From an uncultured delta proteobacterium (GTDB taxonomy: Bacteria > Desulfobacterota > BSN033 > UBA1163): a DNA stretch of 64,000 bases. Made by a program: the position numbers and the translations under genes. The stretch covers positions 9,501 to 73,500 of the forward strand of contig CAWEAV010000033.1 of the NCBI GenBank assembly GCA_963806715.1, given 5' to 3'. Each line of letters opens with the position of its first letter. Position 1 is the stretch's first letter. This document shows, one piece after another, positions 27,037 through 37,042 of the stretch. The notes below the pieces were generated by a model. That model did no database searches, was not told the origin of the DNA, and saw only the letters and a list, made by a program, of their open reading frames with translations.

Positions 27037-28404
27037 ATGGAGATCAATCCGCTCATCTTTCGTGAATACGATATCCGGGGTGTGGTTAATCAGGATCTGA
27101 CGCCTGATATCGCTCGAAAATTGGGACGCGGGTTCGGAACCCATATGGTCTATCTGGGGTTGAAAAATCTCGTCGTCGGAAGGGACGGAAGGCTCAGTTC
27201 AAATGCCTATGGAGAAGCACTGATTGAGGGGGTTACTTCCACAGGATGTCATGTGGCTGATATTGGCCTTTGTCCAACTCCTGTCTATTATTTCTCTCTC
27301 TTTCATTTGAACAAAGACGGCGGAATGATGGTGACGGGAAGTCACAATCCGCCTGAATTTAACGGGTTCAAAATATCGGTGGGAAAAAGTACCATCTTTG
27401 GAGAAGAAATCCAGAAGCTGAGAAGGCGGATTCAAAAAGAGGAATTCGTCATAGGCAAGGGGTCTCTTTCAAGACATGAAATCATCCAACCTTATCAGGA
27501 GTTTGTGAGGAAGAATATAGAGCTAAAAAGGAAGCTGAAGGTGGTGATCGATGCTGGGAACGGTACCGCTGGAATTGTGGCAGGGCCACTCCTTCGAGAT
27601 TTGGGATGCGAGGTAGAGGAGCTATACTGTAAAGTGGATGGCCGTTTTCCTAACCATTTTCCTGACCCCACCATCCCTGATTATTTGAAGGATCTCATCC
27701 ATCACGTTAAAGCATCCGAGGCTGATGTGGGAATTGGTTATGATGGCGATGGGGATCGCATCGGTGTTGTAGATGATCAAGGGGACATCATCTGGGGTGA
27801 TCAGTTGATGATTCTCTTTGCCCGGGAGATTCTGAAGGAGAGGAAAGGAGCCACCTTCGTGGCTGAGGTAAAATGTTCTCAGAACTTATATCAGGAAATC
27901 GAAAGGCAGGGTGGAAAAGCCATTATGTGGAAGACGGGGCATTCCCTCATTAAAGAAAAGATGAGGGAAGTAGATGCTGTTCTTGGTGGGGAAATGAGCG
28001 GCCATATCTTCTTTGCGGATCGATACTTCGGCTATGACGATGCCATTTATGCTTCGTGCCGCCTCTTAGAACTCCTCTCCAATACAGAAAAGAAATTATC
28101 TCAACTTTTTCTTGATGTGCCCAAAACCGTGATCACCCCAGAGATTCGGGTCGAATGTCCGGATGAGACCAAATTTAAGGTGGTTGAAGAAGTGCGAGAT
28201 GAACTGAGAAGAGACTATCCCATCATTGACATGGACGGGGTAAGGGTGAAATTTGAGGATGGGTGGGGATTGGTGAGGGCCTCAAATACCCAACCTGTGC
28301 TGGTTCTGAGATTTGAGGCTTCGACCGAAAAGCGGCTTGATGAGATCAGGCGGCTCGTTGAGGATAAGGTGAAATCTGCAGTTCTATCCTCAGGGAGTCG
28401 TTGA
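27037..28404 (+). CDS. Phosphomannomutase/phosphoglucomutase (alpha-D-phosphohexomutase family)
   Basis: 455 aa; active-site TGSHNPPEFNGFK, metal loop GYDGDGDR, sugar-binding GGEMSGH. Confidence 0.9.
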   Translation: MEINPLIFREYDIRGVVNQDLTPDIARKLGRGFGTHMVYLGLKNLVVGRDGRLSSNAYGEALIEGVTSTGCHVADIGLCPTPVYYFSLFHLNKDGGMMVTGSHNPPEFNGFKISVGKSTIFGEEIQKLRRRIQKEEFVIGKGSLSRHEIIQPYQEFVRKNIELKRKLKVVIDAGNGTAGIVAGPLLRDLGCEVEELYCKVDGRFPNHFPDPTIPDYLKDLIHHVKASEADVGIGYDGDGDRIGVVDDQGDIIWGDQLMILFAREILKERKGATFVAEVKCSQNLYQEIERQGGKAIMWKTGHSLIKEKMREVDAVLGGEMSGHIFFADRYFGYDDAIYASCRLLELLSNTEKKLSQLFLDVPKTVITPEIRVECPDETKFKVVEEVRDELRRDYPIIDMDGVRVKFEDGWGLVRASNTQPVLVLRFEASTEKRLDEIRRLVEDKVKSAVLSSGSR

Positions 28405-28506
28405 ACAGAGTTTTATGCATGGGCGATCAATCCGGGTATTTCGCAGAAAGAAATCCTAAATACCAGGCACTTAATCTCGATAACCGGTGCGGACTGTCAC
28501 AAAGCG

Positions 28507-30355
28507 TTATTTCGATGCTTTCGTGGGGTGGAAAAAATCATAGACCCTTCGGGCGGTTTTTAAGTCCATCTTAGGAACCTTCGTCAATTCTTCAACGGTG
28601 ACTTCTTTAATCTTTCCAACACTGCCAAAATGTTTCAACAACTCCCTCTCCCGTGTTTCTCCGACACCACGGATATCTCCTAATTCTGATTTGACCGTTT
28701 CTCTTCCTCTTAATTTCTTATGATAGGTAATGGCAAAGCGGTGGGCTTCATCACGGATCTGATCGAGAAAACGGAGAAGGGCTGAATGTCTTTCCAGCCC
28801 AAGGGGCTCCTTGTATTGAGGATGAAATATTTTTTCCTCGGTTTTCCGAAACCTCGATGAATGAAGACCTCCGATCGTCTTCTCCTTGGCCAGGCTGACA
28901 AGATCGACGTCCTTAATCTGGAGCTCTTTAAACACCTCCTGAGCCACATTCAGTTGGCCCTTTCCACCATCTAATAAGACCAGGTCGGGGAGATCCTTCT
29001 CTTCAAGGGCCTTTTTATATCGACGGAGGAGGACTTCATACATCATGCCATAGTCGTCTGCTCCCTCAATCGTTTTGATCTTGAAGTGACGGTACCGCTC
29101 TTTGGCGGCTTTCCCGTTTTCAAAGACCACCATCGAGCCTACCGCATTTTTTCCCTGGATATTTGAGATATCGAAGGCCTCAATCCTTCGGGGATTTTTT
29201 CTAAGGTGAAGGCTCTCCTGCAGCGCTTCAAGGAGCTTCTCCTGATCCTTTTCAATCTCCGTCTCAGCTAAGAGAAACTTTTCCGCATTTTCGCAGGCCA
29301 TCTTCAGGAGTTGCTTCTTATCCCCTCTCACAGGAACAAGGATTTGAACCTTCTCTCCCTTGAGTTCCGTCAACCATTGCTCGACAAGGGGATTGGTCGG
29401 GAATGGCTTCAGGTATCAGGATCTTCTTGGGAATAAACTTTCCTTCGCGGTAATACTGCTTGAGAAAGGAAGAAAGAATCTCTTCGTCGGGAAGGCCCGC
29501 AGATGGGAAGGTAAAACCTCTGCCTCCCAAAAGTTTCCCTGCCCTGACAAAGAGGGGATAGATGATGAGGGTGTGATTCTGACGACGAAACCCGAGGACA
29601 TCCTGATCCACAAAATCACTCGATACGATTTTCTGCTTTTCAATGACATGTTCAATATGTCTGATCTGATCCCGCATTTTAGCCGCTGCTTCAAAGTGGA
29701 GTTGCACCGATTCCTCTTCCATTCTCTTCTTCAGCCTCCCGACAAGATCTCTGTCCTTTCCTTCTAAAAACATCCTCACCTGTTGAACGATCTCGTGGTA
29801 TTGTGCCGGGTTAATCTTTCCACAACATGGACCCGAACATCGGTCCATTTCGTAATTGATGCAGGGCCTTAACCGATGGGTAAATTTTGTGTCGAGGCAA
29901 GTCCGTATGGGAAAGAGCCTTCGAATCAGTTTTAAAGTCTCTCTAAGGGAAGTAGCTGAAGGGTAAGGGCCGAAATAGACAGAACCATCTTTTTTTGCCC
30001 GCCGGACAATGCATAAAGTGGGAAACTCCTCTGCCATAGAGAGCTTCAGAAGAGGGTAGGTCTTGTCATCCCTCAGTTTCACATTATAACGGGGCCGGTA
30101 TTCTTTAATAAGATTATTCTCGAGGATAAGGGCCTCTTTTTCGGTATCGGTGACAATCGTATCAATGTCCACCACTTTGTCCACCATGGTGAGGATCTTC
30201 GCATCTTTTCCCTCTGGCTTCTGGAAATAGGAACCCACCCGGTGCTTGAGGTTCCCTGCTTTGCCAACGTAAAGGATGGTTCCCTTTTCGTCCTTAAAAA
30301 GATAAACGCCTGGATTATTCGCTATATTTTCGATTTTTTCTTTCACGTATTCCAT
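28507..30355 (-). CDS. uvrC: Excinuclease ABC subunit C (frame break at a C4/G4 homopolymer near 29386-29390)
   Basis: The N-terminal ORF (GIY-YIG, UvrBC) and C-terminal ORF (endonuclease V-like, HhH) are contiguous if one C is removed from ...GACCAATCCCCTTGTCGAG..., giving ...IPDQSLVEQWLTELKGEKV. Confidence 0.85.
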
Positions 30356-30620
30356 TCTTTACACGGTGCCCCTCTGAAGAACTTAATTTTAAGGGTATAC
30401 GATGCTCTGAGCTTTTGCAACCCAAGAATGGGTTCTGTTGGTCTACAATCCAGACACTGGACTTCAGTCCCACCAAGGCGGGATTAGACACCAGACTTTA
30501 GACTCCAGACTGTCTGATGTTCATGGTCTGATGTCTGAATCACCTTTGCTCTCGCCATTACCCCTCTTCAGTCTCATGTCTGAGGTCTAAAGTCTTACTG
30601 TCTGAATCATAGGGTCTTGA

Positions 30621-30650
30621 CATCGTATTTGGATGTATAGTAATATGTAT
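30621..30650 (+). promoter_or_regulatory. Sigma70-like promoter for vapBC
   Basis: TTGACA (30621-30626), 18 nt spacer, TAATAT; AAAAGGAGA RBS before the ATG at 30670. Confidence 0.45.
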
Positions 30651-30669
30651 TGCGAAGATATAAAAGGAG

Positions 30670-30882
30670 ATGTCTATGGGAAAAACAACCGTTTTTGTCG
30701 ATGAGGCACTCATCAAACATGCGCTTCAAGTGACAAACCTGAAAACGAAAAAAGAGGTCATCGCGGCTGGACTCCGGGAACTGGTGAGAAAGAAGAACCA
30801 GGAACTCTTGCAACAAGAGCTTGGGTCCTTCGATCTGGACCTGTCGCTGAAAGAGTTGAAAAAACGGAGGGCCGAACGCTAA
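30670..30882 (+). CDS. vapB: Type II antitoxin VapB-like
   Basis: 70 aa; MGKTTVFVDEALIKHALQVTNLKTKKEVIAAGLRELV resembles VapB/Rv0623-like antitoxins. Stop is 1 nt before the vapC start. Confidence 0.7.
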   Translation: MSMGKTTVFVDEALIKHALQVTNLKTKKEVIAAGLRELVRKKNQELLQQELGSFDLDLSLKELKKRRAER

Positions 30883-30883
30883 A

Positions 30884-31297
30884 ATGATCCTCATCGACAC
30901 CTCCGTATGGCTATTCGCCCTGAGAAGAGATTTTCACCCCGGCATCAAAGAGAGAGTCGAAAACATCCTGGTCAATGATACGGTTGCAATGAACGGAATG
31001 ATCCAGCTTGAATTACTCGGAGGCGCCAAATCGGAGAAAGAGTACGATCGTCTATTTCAAAGGCTGGATTCTCTTTATCATATCGAAGCGGACCGATCCC
31101 TATGGGACAGGGCCTCGAAGCTCGCTTTTGAGTTAAAGCAAAAAGGGATTGCCGTCCCTTACGCAGACATTTTTATCGCCTCCTCGGCGCTAAAGGAGAA
31201 TATCCTTCTCGTTCATGCAGACTCCCACTTCGATCTCATAGCAGGCCACTCGGATTTGAGAGTAGAAAGCCTTGTCTCGTTGGTAAACACAAGGTAG
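30884..31297 (+). CDS. vapC: Type II toxin VapC (PIN domain)
   Basis: 137 aa; ILIDTSVW...acidic residues D5, E43, D102-equivalent (IFIASSAL...VHADSHF). Confidence 0.8.
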   Translation: MILIDTSVWLFALRRDFHPGIKERVENILVNDTVAMNGMIQLELLGGAKSEKEYDRLFQRLDSLYHIEADRSLWDRASKLAFELKQKGIAVPYADIFIASSALKENILLVHADSHFDLIAGHSDLRVESLVSLVNTR

Positions 31298-31323
31298 CGA
31301 CCCGATATGGGTTAAACTTGGAG

Positions 31324-31665
31324 TCATCTTTCCATTTTCTCGAAAACCGAAAGCGTTCCTATTCTCTCTATAGTAACAACTCTTTCTTCCTGTACTAAAT
31401 AATTTACAGGTTCGGCAAATAGGTGTATATTCGAACCAGTAATCTTGAAGGCTGCGTGATCTCCGAGCGCGAAACAGGAAGGAGCCAAGTGATACTCGAA
31501 CCAGTGATCGATAGGTGCCACATTTGTGGGAGAATGACTAAGCTCAGTTTTGAACATGTTCCACCACGCAGCGCCTTCAATAACACCGGGGTGCTCATCG
31601 CGGACATGAATTTCGAACAGCCGCTCACCGTCAAGGGCGTGCCGCAAGGCGCGAGGATATTTCAA
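31324..31665 (-). CDS. Hypothetical protein
   Basis: 113 aa ORF, no family recognised; overlaps the promoter-like repeat L1. Confidence 0.25.
   Translation of the reverse strand: MKYPRALRHALDGERLFEIHVRDEHPGVIEGAAWWNMFKTELSHSPTNVAPIDHWFEYHLAPSCFALGDHAAFKITGSNIHLFAEPVNYLVQEERVVTIERIGTLSVFEKMER
31397..31468 (+). promoter_or_regulatory. Promoter-like repeat L1 (TTTACA-N17-GGTGTATATT plus conserved downstream box)
   Basis: AAATAATTTACAGGTTCGGCAAATAGGTGTATATTCGAACCAGTAATCTTGAAGGCTGCGTGATCTCCGAGC. About 85% identical to 33262-33332. Confidence 0.5.
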
Positions 31666-32283
31666 TTAGGGATGGGTTCGTATAGCCTATGCCCCAAATG
31701 CAATAGCGACACGGGTACGTAGTACGGCGAAAGGTTCGTTCAATTCTGCAAGAAAGGAATGCTCATACTGAAGGAGACCAACTACAGACCCAGTCTTTGC
31801 TACTTTGGAGATATTTATCCTTTGGCAGTCATTAAACAGATTCTCTCTATGTTTCTCACCATCAACTCCCTTGCCTTTAGAGATAAATACACCGATCTTG
31901 TTCCTTTTATTCTTGACAAACAGGCACACCATCTTCACCCAAGATATCGTATTTAAATCTACTTCAACCACGGTGGCATGCACCGCGCAACTCCAGTCTC
32001 CGCAAAACTTGACCTAAAAACTTCGACTATGGAACCCCTCAGAACAAGCCTAATGACGGAAATCTCTTACCCGCCATTTGGCTACTTGATGACCATCGAT
32101 TCTGAGCCACCGGACCCAGAAGTAGTCGATATTACATTTTTTTCCGAATGTGCCTACAACCAGTTGAGGACCATTTCGATGGATTACCCGGTATATCCTA
32201 CACATACTTTCTTTCCCGCAGACTATCGTAATATTGAAAAGATAATCAAGGACAGGCGAGAAAAAGGAGGACTTGTCCCATAG
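31488..32283 (+). pseudogene. HNH endonuclease (HNH_5-like), one 265-codon frame interrupted by in-frame TAG (31720-31722) and TAA (31954-31956)
   Basis: N-terminal CHICGR...EHVPPRS...CPKCNSD (CxxC...H...CxxC HNH/zinc motif). ORFs 31423-31722, 31759-31956 and 31978-32283 are all in the same frame. Confidence 0.5.
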
Positions 32284-32464
32284 CACGATCTCAGATGAGC
32301 CTCTGGCAGTAGCTGATACATAAACAATGAACGAACAATCACCTCGCTTAACAAAAAAATCCAGCCGGTCGTTTACAATCGGCGGCTGATTTTGAGCGTA
32401 GTATTTATTGGGGGTTGGGCATATTCATTCTTGGATGTTTTATCCAGTTTGTAGCCTAACATAG

Positions 32465-32857
32465 GTGGAAGCGGCAATGCGCGCACGCTGGGTGTCCCAT
32501 AATCCTTCGCCCAAACTTCCGATCGTAGCTCAAACGATCATGGCCCACTGGTGGCCTTGGAAATATTATTTTGTATCAACCATTTGGATGGACCCGTCTG
32601 AGCCTTTGGCTCACCTGACTCAAAGTTTGAAAACAGGGGGCGACTATAAGAACGTTACGCCAGGGCCAGACGTATATGTGACGCAAGTTTTCAAATGTAA
32701 CAAGGACGGATGGCCTAAATCCATGGATTATGTTTACGATCGAGAATATTCCAACCTCACCCAGGCTAAGCTGGGCCATGAGGAGACAGTAGGCTTACTC
32801 GCACAAGGTCGATTGAACTTACAACGAATCAGCTACAAATTGAAGGACAGATTGTGA
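32465..32857 (+). CDS. Hypothetical protein
   Basis: 130 aa ORF; Trp-rich N-terminus; no family recognised. Confidence 0.3.
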   Translation: MEAAMRARWVSHNPSPKLPIVAQTIMAHWWPWKYYFVSTIWMDPSEPLAHLTQSLKTGGDYKNVTPGPDVYVTQVFKCNKDGWPKSMDYVYDREYSNLTQAKLGHEETVGLLAQGRLNLQRISYKLKDRL

Positions 32858-32925
32858 GCTAAAACATAGCAAACCGTACAACGTGCAATGAAAGGTAAGG
32901 CAATATAGAGCTATTCGGCCCGTAG

Positions 32926-33258
32926 ATGGTGCTGACCCCAATGAAAACACAAGACACGATTGCTTCTTGGCTACTTGTCCTATTTGTCTTGGGATCTTTT
33001 GTAAGGGCATTTTATGAACTAACCGATGCTCTGCAGTTAAACCGTCCTATCAGCACAATTCTTTGGTACATGGGGGTTACGTTGGTCGTGGGTGCCTCTG
33101 GCCTATTCCTAGTTTTTCGTTTTTTTCACATTATGCACGAATTGGGGCATTATGAGGTTGAACGAGAGACAAAGAGAAAAAGAACAATCGAAAGGATAGA
33201 AGGTTATAAAAAAAGGCAACATTCCTTTTTAGAGGACCGTCTATTGCTTACTTTCTGA
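32926..33258 (+). CDS. Small 2-TM membrane protein
   Basis: 110 aa; two hydrophobic helices (IASWLLVLFVLGSFV; ILWYMGVTLVVGASGLFLVF) and a basic coiled C-terminus. Confidence 0.4.
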   Translation: MVLTPMKTQDTIASWLLVLFVLGSFVRAFYELTDALQLNRPISTILWYMGVTLVVGASGLFLVFRFFHIMHELGHYEVERETKRKRTIERIEGYKKRQHSFLEDRLLLTF

Positions 33259-33261
33259 ACA

Positions 33262-33332
33262 AAATAATTTACAGATTTGGTAAAAGGTGTATATTTTAAA
33301 AAGTAATCCTGAAGGTTGCGTGATCTCCCAGC
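33262..33332 (+). promoter_or_regulatory. Promoter-like repeat L2 (TTTACA-N16-GGTGTATATT plus conserved downstream box)
   Basis: AAATAATTTACAGATTTGGTAAAAGGTGTATATTTTAAAAAGTAATCCTGAAGGTTGCGTGATCTCCCAGC; direct repeat of L1. Confidence 0.5.
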
Positions 33333-33378
33333 AACGGCTTTAACGTCTATGCTGATTTTAAGTGTAAGGGAGGCATCT

Positions 33379-33750
33379 ATGAATCAGGTAGAACTTAAAG
33401 ATTTCATAAAAACCACTCTCATCGAGATTGCCAAAGGGATTAAAGGCGCGAATGAGGAACTTAAGAACACAGTCTTTAGCTTGAGACACAACAAGGGGGA
33501 TCTTTCGAAAATTCCTGGCATACAATTCGATATTACAGTCACTGCCACCAAGAATCAAAAGGACAAAGCTGGGTTTATGGTCGCACTGGTAAACATTGGT
33601 GGAGGTGCAAACACGAAAAAAGGGATAAGTGACAAGATGGTGCACAGGATAAAATTCGAAATCGGCATTGATCAGGGGTCACTAACCAACTTGAGCGACG
33701 ATGAGCTTGACGAGAGGATCAATGCGTTGTTGGAGGCAAAAGGCAAGTGA
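33379..33750 (+). CDS. Hypothetical protein, 123 aa
   Basis: Start MNQVELKDF with a GGGAGG RBS; no family recognised. Followed by the TGACAATGTTTGTCA palindrome and a T-run. Confidence 0.4.
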   Translation: MNQVELKDFIKTTLIEIAKGIKGANEELKNTVFSLRHNKGDLSKIPGIQFDITVTATKNQKDKAGFMVALVNIGGGANTKKGISDKMVHRIKFEIGIDQGSLTNLSDDELDERINALLEAKGK

Positions 33751-34267
33751 TATGCAACCCCTACCACTATATGTTGTGGTGTATGTCGCGCTGACAATGT
33801 TTGTCACAGCAAGCTAAGCTGCTTATTTTTTTGGAGATTTGTAGTTTTTTGTGTTAATTTGTTAACGTTAGGACGGGTTGTGCGCTGATTTGAGCAAAAC
33901 CGAACAGAAAGGAGAAAATGGGCCTCAAGTTCTTTTTTTAGGTGCTCGGCGAGACATGAATATCTATATTTGTTGTTCCAATCAACATCACACTGTGCAG
34001 GCACTTGCGGTGGAACTCAGCGATAGTTATTGAAAAGGAGGATATGAAATGATTTTTTTTGAAGAAACATCTGATCTCTAATGGGGCATATTTATAGTAA
34101 TGGTTCCAAATAATAAGGGCTTCTGCCTAATCCACTAATCGAGCTGTGGCTAATTTTAGTCGTTTTCTCGCTTTGGCCCGTAGTCATCATATCTCTTGTT
34201 GAAGGTGAAGGTTTCAACAATGAGTTTTCTTTACATTGTCTGTAAAGCTAAATACTGGCCATGACAC

Positions 34268-34711
34268 ATGAATGAAACGATGGGATATTCAACCAGTCTC
34301 GGTTACCTTTTTGTCAGCCTTCTTGTTCTCTCTCTGGCCGTCAAGTGGTATGAAAACTACTGCAGCGTCCTTACGGTTATGGAGAAACCACCCCTCCTGG
34401 CAAACACGGCAGGCAACCTATCCGTATGGATCATTCGCAGTCTTATGATGTATGGGAGTTTTGTTGGAATTTAGTTTGTGTGGGGCGTATGGGCAGTGCT
34501 TCCGGCGTACGCCTTGAAGATGATCTTCAGCCGAGGAACACTCAAATACTACTACTTCAAAGCAGTCCGAAAGTGGGCCTTTTATTACTTGGACAAACTT
34601 ACGAACGAAGCGAAGGGCAACAGACAGACTCTTGACGAGGATCAGTTAAAAGCACAGGCCCTCCTTCTTGCGAAAAGTATGGTGCAGAAGGCAATGAGGA
34701 ACGAATGGTAG
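34268..34711 (+). pseudogene. Small membrane protein, single frame interrupted by an in-frame TAG (34472-34474)
   Basis: ORFs 34268-34474 and 34478-34711 are in the same frame, separated by one TAG. Hydrophobic helices lie on both sides. Confidence 0.3.
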
Positions 34712-35670
34712 CCCTAGCATGCCCCCTGTGTAACCACGATAACGCGGATAGGGAGGACCTGATCGAGCGCGGGACCCGCCTGTATAGGTGTCCCCGGTGC
34801 AAAACCTTCGAGATTAACAACTCGCTTTGCCATTGTATGGAACTTGGTGAGTATGCCGAAGGTGGACACATCCTCTCGGGGCTATCGAGACGAGCGTGGG
34901 AGCATGAGGAACAGCGCATGCAAAGGGAAAGAACTACTTTCTTCACGCCATACCGCATAGATGAGAACACCATTCAAGACCAACTTGCCTCGCTGGTTCT
35001 CTCGCGGAGCCCTCTGGACCGAATGAATATTTTGCTGCTATTGGTCCAAGAGCGAACCGTTGATTTCCGGGAGGGCGCATGCTTTGATTTCGAGATGGAT
35101 TATCCTTTGCTCTTCGCCCGAGATGGCGATGAAAGCTTCTACTTCGCGCAAATAGCAGAACAAATGAGCTTTCTTGAAGGCTTTGGAAACGGTCACGTCA
35201 CGCGTAGTTCGACTCGACTCCGCCTAACTGCACCAGGATGGGAACGTGTGGACGTATTGTGCCGCTCGGTAGTGCAATCGAGCAAGGTCTTCGTTGCAAT
35301 GTGGTTCGACAACACCATGACGCCAATCTGGGAGCACGGTTTCAAGCCGGAGTTAACATCTCTCGGATACGATCCCATCCGCATTGACTTCCAGGAGCAT
35401 ATCGACAGAACAGACGACCGAATACTCGCCGAGATTAGGACAAGTGGTTTCGTTGTTGCCGATTTCACGGGTGCACGTTCTGGCGTATATTTCGAAGCAG
35501 GTTTTGCGATGGGCTTGGGCAAACCAGTTGTCTGGACATGCCGACGTGACTGGATCGACAAACTTTACTTCGATACGCGGCAGTTCAATCACATCCTCTG
35601 GGATAATCCCGAAGACCTTCGGGAGAAGCTTCGTAATCGCATCAACGGCGTAATCCGCCCTCTATTGTAG
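34705..35670 (+). CDS. Zinc-ribbon protein with C-terminal nucleoside 2-deoxyribosyltransferase/TIR-like Rossmannoid domain
   Basis: N-terminal CPLCN...CPRCK ribbon. C-terminal VFVAMWFDNTM...FVVADFTGARSGVYFEAGFAMGLGKPVVW matches the NDT-like pattern (DxxGTxFE.G.A.A.GKPV) with the conserved Glu. Confidence 0.5.
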   Translation: MVALACPLCNHDNADREDLIERGTRLYRCPRCKTFEINNSLCHCMELGEYAEGGHILSGLSRRAWEHEEQRMQRERTTFFTPYRIDENTIQDQLASLVLSRSPLDRMNILLLLVQERTVDFREGACFDFEMDYPLLFARDGDESFYFAQIAEQMSFLEGFGNGHVTRSSTRLRLTAPGWERVDVLCRSVVQSSKVFVAMWFDNTMTPIWEHGFKPELTSLGYDPIRIDFQEHIDRTDDRILAEIRTSGFVVADFTGARSGVYFEAGFAMGLGKPVVWTCRRDWIDKLYFDTRQFNHILWDNPEDLREKLRNRINGVIRPLL

Positions 35671-35853
35671 TTGACTCCGGTGTCGCGAGGTCCATCGCAT
35701 AAATGGGTCTGTCGCCTTCTACGTAAAAAGGCGACATTTTCGTTTTAACCTCCTTAGAAAGTCCTTTATTTTCCTCACTTGTGGATAAAAACTTTGCGTC
35801 ATCCTGTCGCTTTTTTGTATAATAAGCGACAGGACTCTGGCTAAGGGATAAGG

Positions 35854-36099
35854 TTATTTGGGGTGGGGAATAATATCAACGAGGTTGTAAAGGTCGCCTT
35901 CAATGGTAAAATAAAATCGCCATCCTCCATTGACCCTGGCCTGCCAAATACCGTGGGTCTCATCGTATTTTTTGGCGTGCAGCGAAGGATGAAGGAGATT
36001 GCGCAGGAGGTAGCCGAGTTGTTTGCCAAACTCGCGTTGAACCCTGTCGGGTGCCTCCTGGAAGGAGCGAGTGAAGCGTTTTGAAAAAAGCACTCTCAT
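35854..36099 (-). CDS. RelE/ParE-family type II toxin
   Basis: 81 aa; HGIWQARVNGGWRFYFTIEGDLYNLVDIIPHPK is a RelE/ParE-like C-terminus. Confidence 0.7.
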   Translation of the reverse strand: MRVLFSKRFTRSFQEAPDRVQREFGKQLGYLLRNLLHPSLHAKKYDETHGIWQARVNGGWRFYFTIEGDLYNLVDIIPHPK

Positions 36100-36344
36100 T
36101 AGGTTCGGGTCCGGAGAGCGCGCATTGCCGCCCGACTGGTCTTGAAAGGACCAACTACCCGACCTTCCTTGATATCTTTCAGACCTTCGGCCAAGCGCTT
36201 TTCCACCAGCATTTGGGGAGTTAAAACCAGCCGATCATCTTCAAGCTCAACTTCAAGATAATCGCCTGGCACCAGGCCCAGTTTTTCGTAAAGTTTTTTA
36301 GGGATCGCAATTTGCCGGCTGACGCCGATCTTGACTATAGGCAT
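36099..36344 (-). CDS. AbrB/MazE/SpoVT-family antitoxin
   Basis: 81 aa; VKIGVSRQIAIPKKLYEKLGLVPGDYLEVELEDDRLVL swapped-hairpin domain. Stop overlaps the toxin start by 1 nt. Confidence 0.7.
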   Translation of the reverse strand: MPIVKIGVSRQIAIPKKLYEKLGLVPGDYLEVELEDDRLVLTPQMLVEKRLAEGLKDIKEGRVVGPFKTSRAAMRALRTRT

Positions 36345-36482
36345 ATGAACCCTCTTTTCCTGTTTAATTGTTTTCGTATATTTTCATATATATGTATTTA
36401 CTTCTGATTGTATTATATTATTTAAAAAGCTTTTGTCAAGGACAGAAATAAAGTCCTGACATCGCTATATCGAAATTCATTT

Positions 36483-36893
36483 ATGCCCTACCAATACAAA
36501 CGAGAACCATTAAGCGACGACGAAGTAAACCGGCTCACCAATGCCTGTGAGACCTTTGATGAAAAGCTCATCATTTGGACTCTCCTGGACACGGGCTTGA
36601 GGGTGGGCGAGCTGGCTCATCTAAAAAAAGACAACATCCTTTGGCAGGAGCGCCGGATCCTGCCCATGACCGATCGAATCCGGAGGTTGATTGACCACCA
36701 TTTTGCCGAGCACGACAGTGCCGGCATGAGCAGCCGCACCATTCAAAGAATCGTAAAAGAAGTGGCCAACAAAGCCGGGATCTCCACCCGGGCCCTCATG
36801 GCCCTCCTTGGCCATGATCGCCTGGCCACAACCGAGATCTATTTGAACCTCTCTCCGGAAGATGCGATCAGGGAGTTTCAGAATAAGTGGTAA
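36483..36893 (+). CDS. Short tyrosine-recombinase catalytic-domain-like protein (possible integrase remnant)
   Basis: 136 aa; TGLRVGELAHL (box I Arg) and LLGHDRLATTEIYLNL (HxxR...Y). No N-terminal core-binding domain. Confidence 0.45.
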   Translation: MPYQYKREPLSDDEVNRLTNACETFDEKLIIWTLLDTGLRVGELAHLKKDNILWQERRILPMTDRIRRLIDHHFAEHDSAGMSSRTIQRIVKEVANKAGISTRALMALLGHDRLATTEIYLNLSPEDAIREFQNKW

Positions 36894-37042
36894 GGCCCAC
36901 TGTTTGTTTCTTCCTGAAACTTTGGCTTCCCAATTCTTCAAAAGAGGTGTATATTATAACCCGTATTTTGCAATTGATAACGCTGACCCAAGGCCGCATA
37001 TTTTCCTTTAATAATTATATGCATGCAACATAACATTAATTA

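Noticed and set aside
28507-30355. uvrC, rpoB, rpoC, groEL, tolB, pal as pseudogenes
   Set aside because: Essential or core genes broken only by single-base frame shifts (some at homopolymers). Far more likely sequencing indels than real inactivation.
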